Shown here: piece by piece, positions 9,365 through 17,364 of the stretch
Layout of the letters: each line of letters starts with the position of its first letter
How positions within the stretch are numbered: the stretch's first letter is position 1
Assembly: GCA_963700155.1 (NCBI GenBank)
Contig: OY969472.1
Coordinates: 1,064,690 to 1,128,689 of the forward strand
Length of the DNA stretch: 64,000 nt
Origin: an uncultured bacterium
GTDB lineage: Bacteria > Patescibacteriota > Dojkabacteria > J137
Reading direction: 5' to 3'
Position numbers and translations under genes: made by a program
The notes under the pieces: generated by a model
The model's input: only the letters and a program-made list of their open reading frames with translations
Told to the model about the DNA's origin: nothing
Database searches by the model: none

Positions 9365-10130
9365 CAAAACATTTTAATCGCCTAATTCCATTATCTTCAA
9401 CATTAATCTTATATCCTTCTAAAGTGTGTTTTACTCCATCTTCATCGGATTCAAGCCATTCTTGATCTTGTAGGGGTTTATTTATATCTAAAATATTAAT
9501 AACACCTTCACGAATACCATTTTCTTTCCCAAAATATGGTGAAGAATGAATATATTTTATTTGAGTAACTGGTGTATTTTCTTTTGAATCATCTCTGGTT
9601 ACTTCTGAAACTAACATTACATGATGAGCGTTATTTTTTTTACCTTTACTTCTAATTAAGTCCCCAGGTCTAACATCATTTAATTCAACAGCTATAGAAT
9701 TATCATCATCAGTAACTATATCAGCTCCCATATTTTCAGCTGGTCTTAAAAAGTATCTTAACTTCCAGATAGGAGATTTTTGAAGAGGAGTTAATTCGCC
9801 CCATAATGGTTTATTTTCTTTTTCTTTATGCCATACATTAAGTAGGTGAACAACAAAACCAGAACAATCAATACCTATGCCTCTATTTATTAAAAACTCT
9901 TTTATTTCATCGGGCGACATATTATCAAAGTCAACTCCCTTAACTTTTTCCCAAATCTTTGCTTCAACCTCAATTTCATCAGGTGTCCCTTTCCCAACCA
10001 TTGCTCTTAAGTCTTTTCTTCTTTTGTCATTAATATAATATGGAGTTACTACCTCTTTATTGCCTAGTTTAAGTTTCTTATAAGAGTTAATCAAGTTTTT
10101 CACAACATCAGGAATTGTTTCAGTTACCAT
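9357..10130 (-). CDS. cytoplasmic NlpC/P60 (papain-like) family amidase/peptidase
   Basis: GIDCSGFV catalytic Cys motif plus HHVMLV His; no signal peptide. The likely true start is the ATG at 10130, 2 nt after the TAA of the upstream ATP-grasp gene, which suggests translational coupling. Confidence 0.5.
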   Translation of the reverse strand: MVTETIPDVVKNLINSYKKLKLGNKEVVTPYYINDKRRKDLRAMVGKGTPDEIEVEAKIWEKVKGVDFDNMSPDEIKEFLINRGIGIDCSGFVVHLLNVWHKEKENKPLWGELTPLQKSPIWKLRYFLRPAENMGADIVTDDDNSIAVELNDVRPGDLIRSKGKKNNAHHVMLVSEVTRDDSKENTPVTQIKYIHSSPYFGKENGIREGVINILDINKPLQDQEWLESDEDGVKHTLEGYKINVEDNGIRRLKCFVN

Positions 10131-10132
10131 AA

Positions 10133-11563
10133 TTATTTTAATAAATTTTCTAAGACTTTCATTGCTTCTATCACCCAAGGAGTGACTTTATTATTATATA
10201 CTATTTGATTTTGAAATTGCATTCTAGCTACTTCTTCATATTTATCCTTGATAGAATTTTGATTTTGAACTAATAGTACAAAACCACCATCTGTAATTTG
10301 ATCTACTGAATAACCATCTTTTTGCCAAACTAGTGGCTTATCTTTTTCCTCATCAATGAATATTACCTTTTCTTTTCTTTCTGGTGAACCAGAACTCCAG
10401 TCGAAAGCACTATTGTCACTTTGAAGCCTATAGATTCCAGAGTCGAGGTGAGTTTTGATTTGGAATTTGTCTTGCTTTGCTCTTAAGAATATTTGTGAAC
10501 CTTCAAGTTGATTAATTCTCTCCTCAGGAGAAAAACTCACCTCGACTCCTAAGAACTCAGCTAAATGTAATAATTCAAGTGGAATTTGATCCTGCTGAAT
10601 CTCAAGTTTTGTCTGCATTGATATATTTGCTGTTTGACGTGCATTAATTTCAATTATAAATATTTCATTATCTTTTATTATTAAGTCTATTCCAAATAAT
10701 CCTTTAAACCCTTTCTCTTTCATAATATTTCCAATCTTTTCAGTTTCATTAAAAATTTTAGATTTTATTTCTTCTGCTAAAGAATTTGCTAAGCTCCAGT
10801 CATTACCTACTGTAGAACCTTTTCCAGCAGTAAGTTCTTCATAGCCTGTAATTTGATATTGAAGGCCACAAATAAATATTCCATTCTTAGTAACACAACC
10901 ATTAATTGTATAAGGTTCGCCTTCAATAAATTCTGATAGTTTTACAATATTCCCAGAATAATTATTTTTAAAATTATTAAATTCATCTTCATTGGTAATA
11001 ATGAAAGTTCCAATACCTGTATGAGCTCTATCTAATTGAATCACAAACTTTTCTCCGTAATCTTTTGATATCGAATTATATTCATCATCAATCACCTCTT
11101 TTACTTCAGTTTTAGGTGTTAATATACCGTTTTCATGCAAAATCTTGGTCTGAGATAACTTATCTTCAAACATTCTATTTAAAGTTGCACTATTATTTAA
11201 AATTGTTCCTCCAAGATTTTGAAGGTTTAAATATGTTGGATTATTAAATTGGAAAAGTTGAGCATAAAACTTCCCATTCGTAACTTTCTTTAACCACTCG
11301 ATAGTTTTTGGATGGTTTATTAAATTTAATGTTGAATTAGTTTTAAGCTCAATACCTTCAGATTGAGCACAAAAAATTCTACTGGGATAAGTTTTTGAAA
11401 TTTCTTGTGTTATATAACTTTCATCTATACAAACTATGTAGTAGTTATCTAAATAATTTTCCAATCCTAGAGCTCTTTCAGCATCTTTTGCAAAATAAAT
11501 GATTCTGTTATCTTTTGTTAATTCATTAATTTTATCTAGTAGTTCTTGAGTTTTATTATTCAT
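10133..11563 (-). CDS. ATP-grasp fold ligase with an extra N-terminal domain
   Basis: C-terminal half carries GLFGIDLI...IIEINAR (the ATP-grasp E-x-N signature). Confidence 0.6.
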   Translation of the reverse strand: MNNKTQELLDKINELTKDNRIIYFAKDAERALGLENYLDNYYIVCIDESYITQEISKTYPSRIFCAQSEGIELKTNSTLNLINHPKTIEWLKKVTNGKFYAQLFQFNNPTYLNLQNLGGTILNNSATLNRMFEDKLSQTKILHENGILTPKTEVKEVIDDEYNSISKDYGEKFVIQLDRAHTGIGTFIITNEDEFNNFKNNYSGNIVKLSEFIEGEPYTINGCVTKNGIFICGLQYQITGYEELTAGKGSTVGNDWSLANSLAEEIKSKIFNETEKIGNIMKEKGFKGLFGIDLIIKDNEIFIIEINARQTANISMQTKLEIQQDQIPLELLHLAEFLGVEVSFSPEERINQLEGSQIFLRAKQDKFQIKTHLDSGIYRLQSDNSAFDWSSGSPERKEKVIFIDEEKDKPLVWQKDGYSVDQITDGGFVLLVQNQNSIKDKYEEVARMQFQNQIVYNNKVTPWVIEAMKVLENLLK

Positions 11564-11565
11564 AA

Positions 11566-11829
11566 TTATTTATCTTTTTGTCTTTTAATCCATTGTTTCT
11601 TCAGTATCTCTAAAGAAAGAGTTGATAAGAAAAATCCAATAGTAGGAATCAAAGCACTTAAATAAAAGTCTTGAATTCCTATTACATATAAAATTAAACA
11701 CATAACAATATATGTTAGTCCAGTTATGAGTCCTTTTCTTAACCAACTTGTTTCCCAAGCTTTATCTAATTCAACTCTTTTATTACGAGCCTTTAAAAGC
11801 ATTATCTCTTTTTCTAAATTTTTGTTCAT
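11566..11829 (-). CDS. small 2-TM membrane protein
   Basis: 87 aa with a charged N-terminus and two hydrophobic helices. Its ends are within a few nt of both neighbouring cluster genes. Confidence 0.35.
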   Translation of the reverse strand: MNKNLEKEIMLLKARNKRVELDKAWETSWLRKGLITGLTYIVMCLILYVIGIQDFYLSALIPTIGFFLSTLSLEILKKQWIKRQKDK

Positions 11830-12344
11830 TTTAATTTATATAAATAATATCTACCTATGGTTTTATCTGGTTCTTTATCTGAGAATTTAAAAGTATTTGT
11901 AATTATAATACTGTTTTTAGGCATTTCGCTAAATAATTTATCTTTTAACTTATCAATCTGCTCATTAAATATATAGAGATATGCTACATTATATCTTGAA
12001 AAATCATGTTTAAAAAAGTCCTTATTATGAATTTCAGTATTATTTTTTTTAGTTGTTAGAAGTCTTAATCTACTTAACAGTGATAAATATGGGTTAAATT
12101 CAATTCCCTCTGACTTTTCACAATAATCAGCCATCATTTTTACAATTCTTCCATCCCCTGAACCAATATCAATGAAATTAGTCGGTTTAGGAAGAATAAT
12201 TTCTTTTGAATCAATCAATTCTTTTAGTTTTTTTGCTGAAGAAGGATAAAATGGAGTCTGATTTAACCATGACCAAATTAGATATAATCCTCCAACTGCC
12301 AATAATATTTCAAATCCAAAAAAACCGATTAACATAAAATTCAT
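11826..12344 (-). CDS. class I SAM-dependent methyltransferase with N-terminal TM helix
   Basis: Motif I FIDIGSGDGRIV; 172 aa. Confidence 0.5.
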   Translation of the reverse strand: MNFMLIGFFGFEILLAVGGLYLIWSWLNQTPFYPSSAKKLKELIDSKEIILPKPTNFIDIGSGDGRIVKMMADYCEKSEGIEFNPYLSLLSRLRLLTTKKNNTEIHNKDFFKHDFSRYNVAYLYIFNEQIDKLKDKLFSEMPKNSIIITNTFKFSDKEPDKTIGRYYLYKLK

Positions 12345-12362
12345 TTATATTTTTTTAATAAA

Positions 12363-13313
12363 TTATCTACCTGATGCGATACAAATAACTTTCTTAGGAT
12401 TATAATTTTCTTTTACTTTAAGAAAACCTGCAATTGAAAGAAGTGAGTTATAAGAAAGATCATTTATATCTTTTGATTTAACAAATTTTTCAGTCTCTAT
12501 TAACTCATCATTAGTAATTTTCAAGATATCTCCATTGCATTCTTTAATAATTTTTAAAACTTGTGGAGATCTTAATCCAGATGAGTCAATAATTGCATCT
12601 GCCAAACTTTCAGATTCGGATGATACAGTAGATTGGTTATTTAAGGAATCATAAAAAGGATGTACTTTTTCAGTTTGGCAGACAAAAAGTTTAGGCATGA
12701 AAAATTCATTACCTAACTTCATAAATAATCCTTGAGATAATCCTACAAATCCAGAACCTGAAGAGGCTGGGCAAAAAATTAAAACATCTTGATTACTTTC
12801 CTGCCTGTTTAAAAATTCGGTTAATTCAATCCCTAAGCTCCAATAACCTTTTAAAGCATCTTCATCAACAGCAGACTTCAAATTTGGAATATTTTTTTCG
12901 ACAGAGATCTGAACTGCTTTCTTTTTAGGATTAAAATCTCGATAAAATGCTTCAGTATTTTTATCTAACAAGCGTATTAATAATTCTTGTTTTTCCTGAT
13001 TTATGTCATTTTTAACAACTACATATAATTTAAAGTTTAAATTTAATTTTTTTATATATGACCAATAACTAATTGCTGCATTTCCTGAAGTAGAGATAAC
13101 TCCTTCATGAACTCCTTCTGATAATAATTTTGTGAGTTTATAAGCTGTTGCACGATCTTTCCACGAACCAGTTGGATTTTGATCTTCTCTTTTTATAATA
13201 ACTTCTATATTTTCAAATTTAAATTTGTTAGTAGGTGTATTACCTTCTTGGAGTGTAATAACATTGCCTTCATCAACTTCTTTTCTTAGTTCTTTAAAGT
13301 CCCAGATACTCAA
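12363..13313 (-). CDS. PLP-dependent fold-type II enzyme (threonine synthase / cysteine synthase-like)
   Basis: NPTGSWKDRATAY contains the PLP-lysine motif (S-x-KDR) of the PALP family; 316 aa. Confidence 0.55.
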   Translation of the reverse strand: MSIWDFKELRKEVDEGNVITLQEGNTPTNKFKFENIEVIIKREDQNPTGSWKDRATAYKLTKLLSEGVHEGVISTSGNAAISYWSYIKKLNLNFKLYVVVKNDINQEKQELLIRLLDKNTEAFYRDFNPKKKAVQISVEKNIPNLKSAVDEDALKGYWSLGIELTEFLNRQESNQDVLIFCPASSGSGFVGLSQGLFMKLGNEFFMPKLFVCQTEKVHPFYDSLNNQSTVSSESESLADAIIDSSGLRSPQVLKIIKECNGDILKITNDELIETEKFVKSKDINDLSYNSLLSIAGFLKVKENYNPKKVICIASGR

Positions 13314-13396
13314 GTTATTTATTTTAAAAAGTAGTAAAATTAACCTATATTATCAATTATGATACAATTTTTAATTAAAATATTATATACCAATAT

Positions 13397-13777
13397 ATGA
13401 ATGATGACGATACAACTAAATTAAATAATGATGATAGTGGAGACGAAAGTGTTATGAATGAAAATAATGAAATGACAGAGAATGTAGATACTCAGGAAGA
13501 ATCAATGGAAGAAACAACATCAACTGATGAAGTACCATCTGACTGGATTAAAGTAACAAATGGAAAGTTTGTCTGTGGTGAATGTGAAAATGAAAGTGAG
13601 CCTGAAACAAACACTGTTGATGGAACAGTAAAAGCAGATACCGAGAAGATAAAATCAGATCTTAAAGCATTCCCTTCAAAAATAATTTATGGATCATGTC
13701 CTGTTTGTGGAATGGAATATACTTTTAAAGAAAAAAATGGTGAATTGTATATGGAACCTAGTGATATGATTAAGTAA
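13397..13777 (+). CDS. acidic protein with C-terminal zinc ribbon
   Basis: 126 aa; the N-terminal 50 aa are D/E-rich; CGECE...CPVCG pairs. Confidence 0.4.
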   Translation: MNDDDTTKLNNDDSGDESVMNENNEMTENVDTQEESMEETTSTDEVPSDWIKVTNGKFVCGECENESEPETNTVDGTVKADTEKIKSDLKAFPSKIIYGSCPVCGMEYTFKEKNGELYMEPSDMIK

Positions 13778-13844
13778 TAAGAGATTTGTAAAATTATTGT
13801 AAAGTAATTGATTAGGAGTCTTTTTAGGTTATAATAATATTAAG

Positions 13845-13975
13845 CACGTTGATGGTTTAATTAGAACTCTAACAAATTATAAGCTTTTGGTCGGATAATG
13901 TACTATCCCGTGGGATAGAGCTGCAAAGTCTGCAATCGTGTTTTCACGGAAGCTTCTAAACACCTATCAACGTGC
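13845..13975. ncRNA. candidate small structured RNA (unclassified)
   Basis: A 12-13 bp terminal helix (GCACGUUGAUGG...CCUAUCAACGUGC) encloses about 106 nt containing internal hairpins (CUAUCCCGUGGGAUAG). GC content is higher than the surroundings. A plus-strand promoter-like TTGATT-N16-TATAAT lies at 13808-13837 and a U-rich tract follows. It sits between convergent genes. Strand is uncertain. Confidence 0.2.
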
Positions 13976-14002
13976 GGATATTTGAATATTTTTGGGAATA
14001 TA

Positions 14003-14425
14003 TTAGTTAGTGACTTTACTTTCTAGAGCTTTTTTCAAGTTATAAATTTCATTACGTATTAACTGTGGTTGAAATTCACTTTCTACTTCATGAACTAAAG
14101 TGTTTCTCAGTTTATGAGCAATCCAAATTTTGTTATATGTATCCCTGTCAAACGCATTCTTAGCAGATTTTAAACGTTCTCCCATAGTCGATCCAGGAAA
14201 TTTCATTTTTCGAAGATAATAATCAAACAATTTATCATATTCAATTAGTGCTGATTTAAGTTCATGGATATTCGTACTTTGCGGATTTGCATTTATTCTT
14301 GAAATTTTAGATTTTATATCTCTTGAGATACTGCTTTCTTTGGAAGTAGAGGCAAATGAAATATAAATTGCAACGGCAAAAACTATTACTACTATTAAAA
14401 TTACTATTAATGTATTTGTGTCCAT
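14003..14425 (-). CDS. hypothetical N-terminally membrane-anchored protein
   Basis: 140 aa with a TM helix at residues 5-25. Confidence 0.4.
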   Translation of the reverse strand: MDTNTLIVILIVVIVFAVAIYISFASTSKESSISRDIKSKISRINANPQSTNIHELKSALIEYDKLFDYYLRKMKFPGSTMGERLKSAKNAFDRDTYNKIWIAHKLRNTLVHEVESEFQPQLIRNEIYNLKKALESKVTN

Positions 14426-14470
14426 TATTGTTCTAATAAATATAACATTATAGAAAAAAAGTGAAAGGAA

Positions 14471-14653
14471 GTGTTAATATTATTTATGATTTTTAGTAAT
14501 AAAAGATCAGATAAAAATATTAGACTAAGAAGCGGAGATGCAGGTGGTTGTGGTTGTATATTAATTATTCTTGGATTATTAGGTGTTGTTCTTTTTGGAG
14601 CACCTCCGGGAGCATTAATTATTATAGGTATTCTTATCTTAATATTTGGGTAA
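14471..14653 (+). CDS. small Gly-rich membrane peptide (60 aa)
   Basis: A GAAAGGAAG Shine-Dalgarno-like sequence lies directly upstream of the GTG/ATG start. The DAGGCGC motif is followed by a glycine-zipper TM segment. The ORF ends 4 nt before tRNA-Gly. Confidence 0.3.
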   Translation: MLILFMIFSNKRSDKNIRLRSGDAGGCGCILIILGLLGVVLFGAPPGALIIIGILILIFG

Positions 14654-14657
14654 TTTT

Positions 14658-14728
14658 GCGAGATTAGTACAGTGGTAGTACATCGGCTTCCCAAGCCGGA
14701 GACGCGAGTTCGAGCCTCGTATCTCGCT
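14658..14728 (+). tRNA. tRNA-Gly (anticodon CCC)
   Basis: Hand-folded cloverleaf: acceptor GCGAGAU/AUCUCGC, anticodon loop UUCCCAA, T-loop UUCGAGC, discriminator U. No encoded CCA. Confidence 0.85.
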
Positions 14729-14786
14729 AATTGCATAATAGTTTACATCAAATTATAATCTGATAATTATTATTTAAATTATATTT

Positions 14787-15188
14787 ATGACAAATTTACA
14801 AAATAGTGCTGATAATTTAGAAACAGAAACTCAATATAAAAGTATAGTTATTCCATTGAATGACAGAAATATTGAATTTTCATTAGATCCTGAAATTTTA
14901 CTTGAAGAAGAAAACTTAACTAATCTATTTAAACGACTAATGATTTTATGTATAGATTGGAGTAGTAAAGGCTGGTCGAGGTCAAATATTGATTTAATGT
15001 TAAAGAAATTAGGGTTTCCTGAAAAATATGCAGAAGCCATAGGAGTTGGATTTCGAATGTATATGCACGATTTAACTTGTCAATCTAATGGCGAACCTGA
15101 CTATAATGGGATAATTTATATAAAGAGAAAAATGAGTATAATACTTGAAGATCACAGACCTTTAATAGGAAATGTTCAAGAAAGTTAA
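14787..15188 (+). CDS. hypothetical protein
   Basis: 133 aa ORF. Confidence 0.4.
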   Translation: MTNLQNSADNLETETQYKSIVIPLNDRNIEFSLDPEILLEEENLTNLFKRLMILCIDWSSKGWSRSNIDLMLKKLGFPEKYAEAIGVGFRMYMHDLTCQSNGEPDYNGIIYIKRKMSIILEDHRPLIGNVQES

Positions 15189-15247
15189 TTTGCATAAAAT
15201 CTTTCCTCAACATATAATTTAACTAATTACTTCTTAAGAAAATAAAA

Positions 15248-15691
15248 ATGTTTGGAGATGTTAATAATGTAACTTTACTAGGGAACGTAACAAGAGATCC
15301 TGATTTAAGATATACACCCAGTGGTGCTGCAGTTTTAAGCTTTGGATTAGCAACCAATAGAAGATATAAAAAAGGCGAGGAGTGGGTCGACGAGCCTTCA
15401 TTCCACAATATTGTTATATGGAATAATGCTGAATCTTTAGCAAAAAGAATAAAAAAAGGAACTAGAATTTATGTAGAAGGCAGACTTCAAACTAGAAGTT
15501 GGGATGATAAAGATGGGAAGAAACAATATAAAACCGAAGTTGTTGTAAATAGAATAATCCTCGTAGCACGATTTGAAGGTGACAATCAGAGTTATGGAAC
15601 AGTAAGTAGTGATATAAGCAATGAAGCAGTTAAAACATCATCAGACTCGAACGAGGATGATACAATTGATCCTAATGACCTACCTTTCTAA
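15248..15691 (+). CDS. ssb: single-stranded DNA-binding protein
   Basis: OB-fold signature LLGNVTRDPDLRYTPSGAAV; acidic C-terminal tail ending DLPF. Confidence 0.85.
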   Translation: MFGDVNNVTLLGNVTRDPDLRYTPSGAAVLSFGLATNRRYKKGEEWVDEPSFHNIVIWNNAESLAKRIKKGTRIYVEGRLQTRSWDDKDGKKQYKTEVVVNRIILVARFEGDNQSYGTVSSDISNEAVKTSSDSNEDDTIDPNDLPF

Positions 15692-16204
15692 TTAGAAAGA
15701 ATAAAGGACAATCCCTATAGATGTTCCAACATTAAGACTAGCTCCTTTTCCATACATAGGAATATGAACTGTTAAATCACATTTCTCTAAAGTTGAGTTT
15801 GTTATTCCATATACTTCACTCCCTGCAATAAAACAAACTTTATTTTTGTCTTTCAAAAAATCATTTAATTCATTTATACTTTTAGATTCATCTGTAAGTT
15901 CAATTCCTACTATATAAAAACCTAACTTTTTTAAAGTTTGCAAAACTTCTCCTGTTGTATTTTTATAAAACCACTCTACTGATTCTTCTTTATTTCTAGA
16001 AGCTTTTTTCAATTCTTTACCAAAAGGAGGTTTTTGGCTTATTCCAGTCAAATATAATCTTTTTATTCCAGCAGCATCTGCAGTTCTAAATATAGAAGCA
16101 ACATTTCTAGCATATTGTATATTTTCAAGAATAAGGTATATTTCACTCTCTCGTTTCTCTACCTTCATTAATTTTTTTATTTCTTTTTTTCTTAGTTGTC
16201 TCAT
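15692..16204 (-). CDS. SpoU/TrmH-family RNA 2'-O-methyltransferase
   Basis: SPOUT motifs (AGSE.YGI, HIPMYG...SLNV); 170 aa. Confidence 0.6.
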   Translation of the reverse strand: MRQLRKKEIKKLMKVEKRESEIYLILENIQYARNVASIFRTADAAGIKRLYLTGISQKPPFGKELKKASRNKEESVEWFYKNTTGEVLQTLKKLGFYIVGIELTDESKSINELNDFLKDKNKVCFIAGSEVYGITNSTLEKCDLTVHIPMYGKGASLNVGTSIGIVLYSF

Positions 16205-16266
16205 ATATGTAATTATAAACTAAGTGTTGGTATAATTAAACGCAATTTTTATTATTAGATGGACAA

Positions 16267-16920
16267 ATGAGAAATTGGATTAAAATAATTGGAATATTAA
16301 GCTTAATAATAATAATGCTTTTAGCATGTATTACTACTCTGATTGGCGGAGCTTCATTATTATGGTTTAGAACATATCAAGTTTTTACAGAAAGGACTTC
16401 AGTTGCTGAAGTAACTATATCAGAATTAAAACACGATGATATTGGTGATTATGCAGATGTTAAAGTTCAGCAAATTTCAAAAGATTCAGCATTATCAGCA
16501 GTGTTTGGACAAGCAGATTCTAGTAAACAGATTCTTGAAAATGAACAGGACTTTAAAATTTATGGGGATACAATATATGTAGGTGGTCCGATTATTAAAT
16601 TTAAAGATCCATTAATTTTAATTAATTTTAAAACAATGTATAAATTAGGTAAGATTTATGGAAGGTATGACTTGAATAACGAATTGGAAATTAATAAATC
16701 TGAAGCTGCACAGCAACAGTCCAGTTATGATTTAAATGGAGGATATGCTGATTGGAAGTCACTTTTTGACAATATAAATTCACAAAATTTACTAGGGAAA
16801 TTTTATTCTTTATTTGTTGATACATCTCAAATTAGTTCTGCTGGTGTGTTTGTATCTGGACAAGAACAAAACTATACAGTGTATATTACAAATTTGGGAT
16901 TTCTTTGGAGCAAAGAATAA
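16267..16920 (+). CDS. hypothetical membrane-anchored protein
   Basis: 217 aa with an N-terminal TM helix. Confidence 0.4.
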   Translation: MRNWIKIIGILSLIIIMLLACITTLIGGASLLWFRTYQVFTERTSVAEVTISELKHDDIGDYADVKVQQISKDSALSAVFGQADSSKQILENEQDFKIYGDTIYVGGPIIKFKDPLILINFKTMYKLGKIYGRYDLNNELEINKSEAAQQQSSYDLNGGYADWKSLFDNINSQNLLGKFYSLFVDTSQISSAGVFVSGQEQNYTVYITNLGFLWSKE

Positions 16921-16968
16921 AGATCTCTAAAAGTAACCCTTTATTTGATATAATCCCTATGTGAATTT

Positions 16969-17040
16969 GGTGTTGTGGCCAAGTGGTAAGGCGAGAGTCT
17001 GCAAAACTCTTATTCGTGGGTTCGATTCCCACCAACACCT
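16969..17040 (+). tRNA. tRNA-Cys (anticodon GCA)
   Basis: Acceptor GGUGUUG/CAACACC; anticodon stem AGAGU/ACUCU; loop CUGCAAA; T-arm GGGUUCGAUUCCC. Confidence 0.85.
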
Positions 17041-17051
17041 TTTAATTAATG

Positions 17052-17300
17052 TTAATTATTGGCTTCCTTTAACGTTTCTATTAATGATTCTATCAATTTT
17101 AGGAAGGCTTCATTTTCACTCTCTCTATTTTGCTTACTTCTTTCAGTCAATTCCTCTAAAGCAAATGTAGCTGTATCGCTTGTTGGATCTTTTTTTATAA
17201 GTTCAATTAAATCTTCATTGGACAAATTTGATAATCTTTCCCTGTTACCTTTTTCAGTGTGTTCATATATTGTTCCTTTTAGATTGTCTACAAGATTCAT
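17052..17300 (-). CDS. hypothetical small charged helical protein
   Basis: 82 aa. It is more protein-like than the overlapping plus-strand ORF 17059-17313, which is a low-complexity S/F/L-rich translation. Confidence 0.3.
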   Translation of the reverse strand: MNLVDNLKGTIYEHTEKGNRERLSNLSNEDLIELIKKDPTSDTATFALEELTERSKQNRESENEAFLKLIESLIETLKEANN

Positions 17301-17364
17301 AATAATTTTTTAAAAAATGATTGTTGTTAATATACCACATTGCTATTGGTATATCTAAGATTTA

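Noticed and set aside
9357-10178. A 46-nt overlap between the ATP-grasp and NlpC/P60 genes, implying a fusion or frameshift
   Set aside because: An in-frame ATG at 10130 gives a start 2 nt after the ATP-grasp stop, so tight translational coupling explains the layout without a frameshift.
13845-13975. SRP (4.5S) RNA assignment for the small structured element
   Set aside because: The conserved helix-8 GGAA tetraloop with flanking AGCAG/GGAAG loop motifs is not present in either orientation.
14425-14736. 103-aa minus-strand ORF
   Set aside because: Overlaps the tRNA-Gly(CCC) gene and the better-supported plus-strand small ORF; low-complexity translation.
17059-17313. 84-aa plus-strand ORF antisense to 17052-17300
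   Set aside because: S/F/L-rich low-complexity translation, whereas the antisense partner looks like a real charged helical protein. The plus ORF also starts 19 nt after tRNA-Cys without any ribosome-binding signal.
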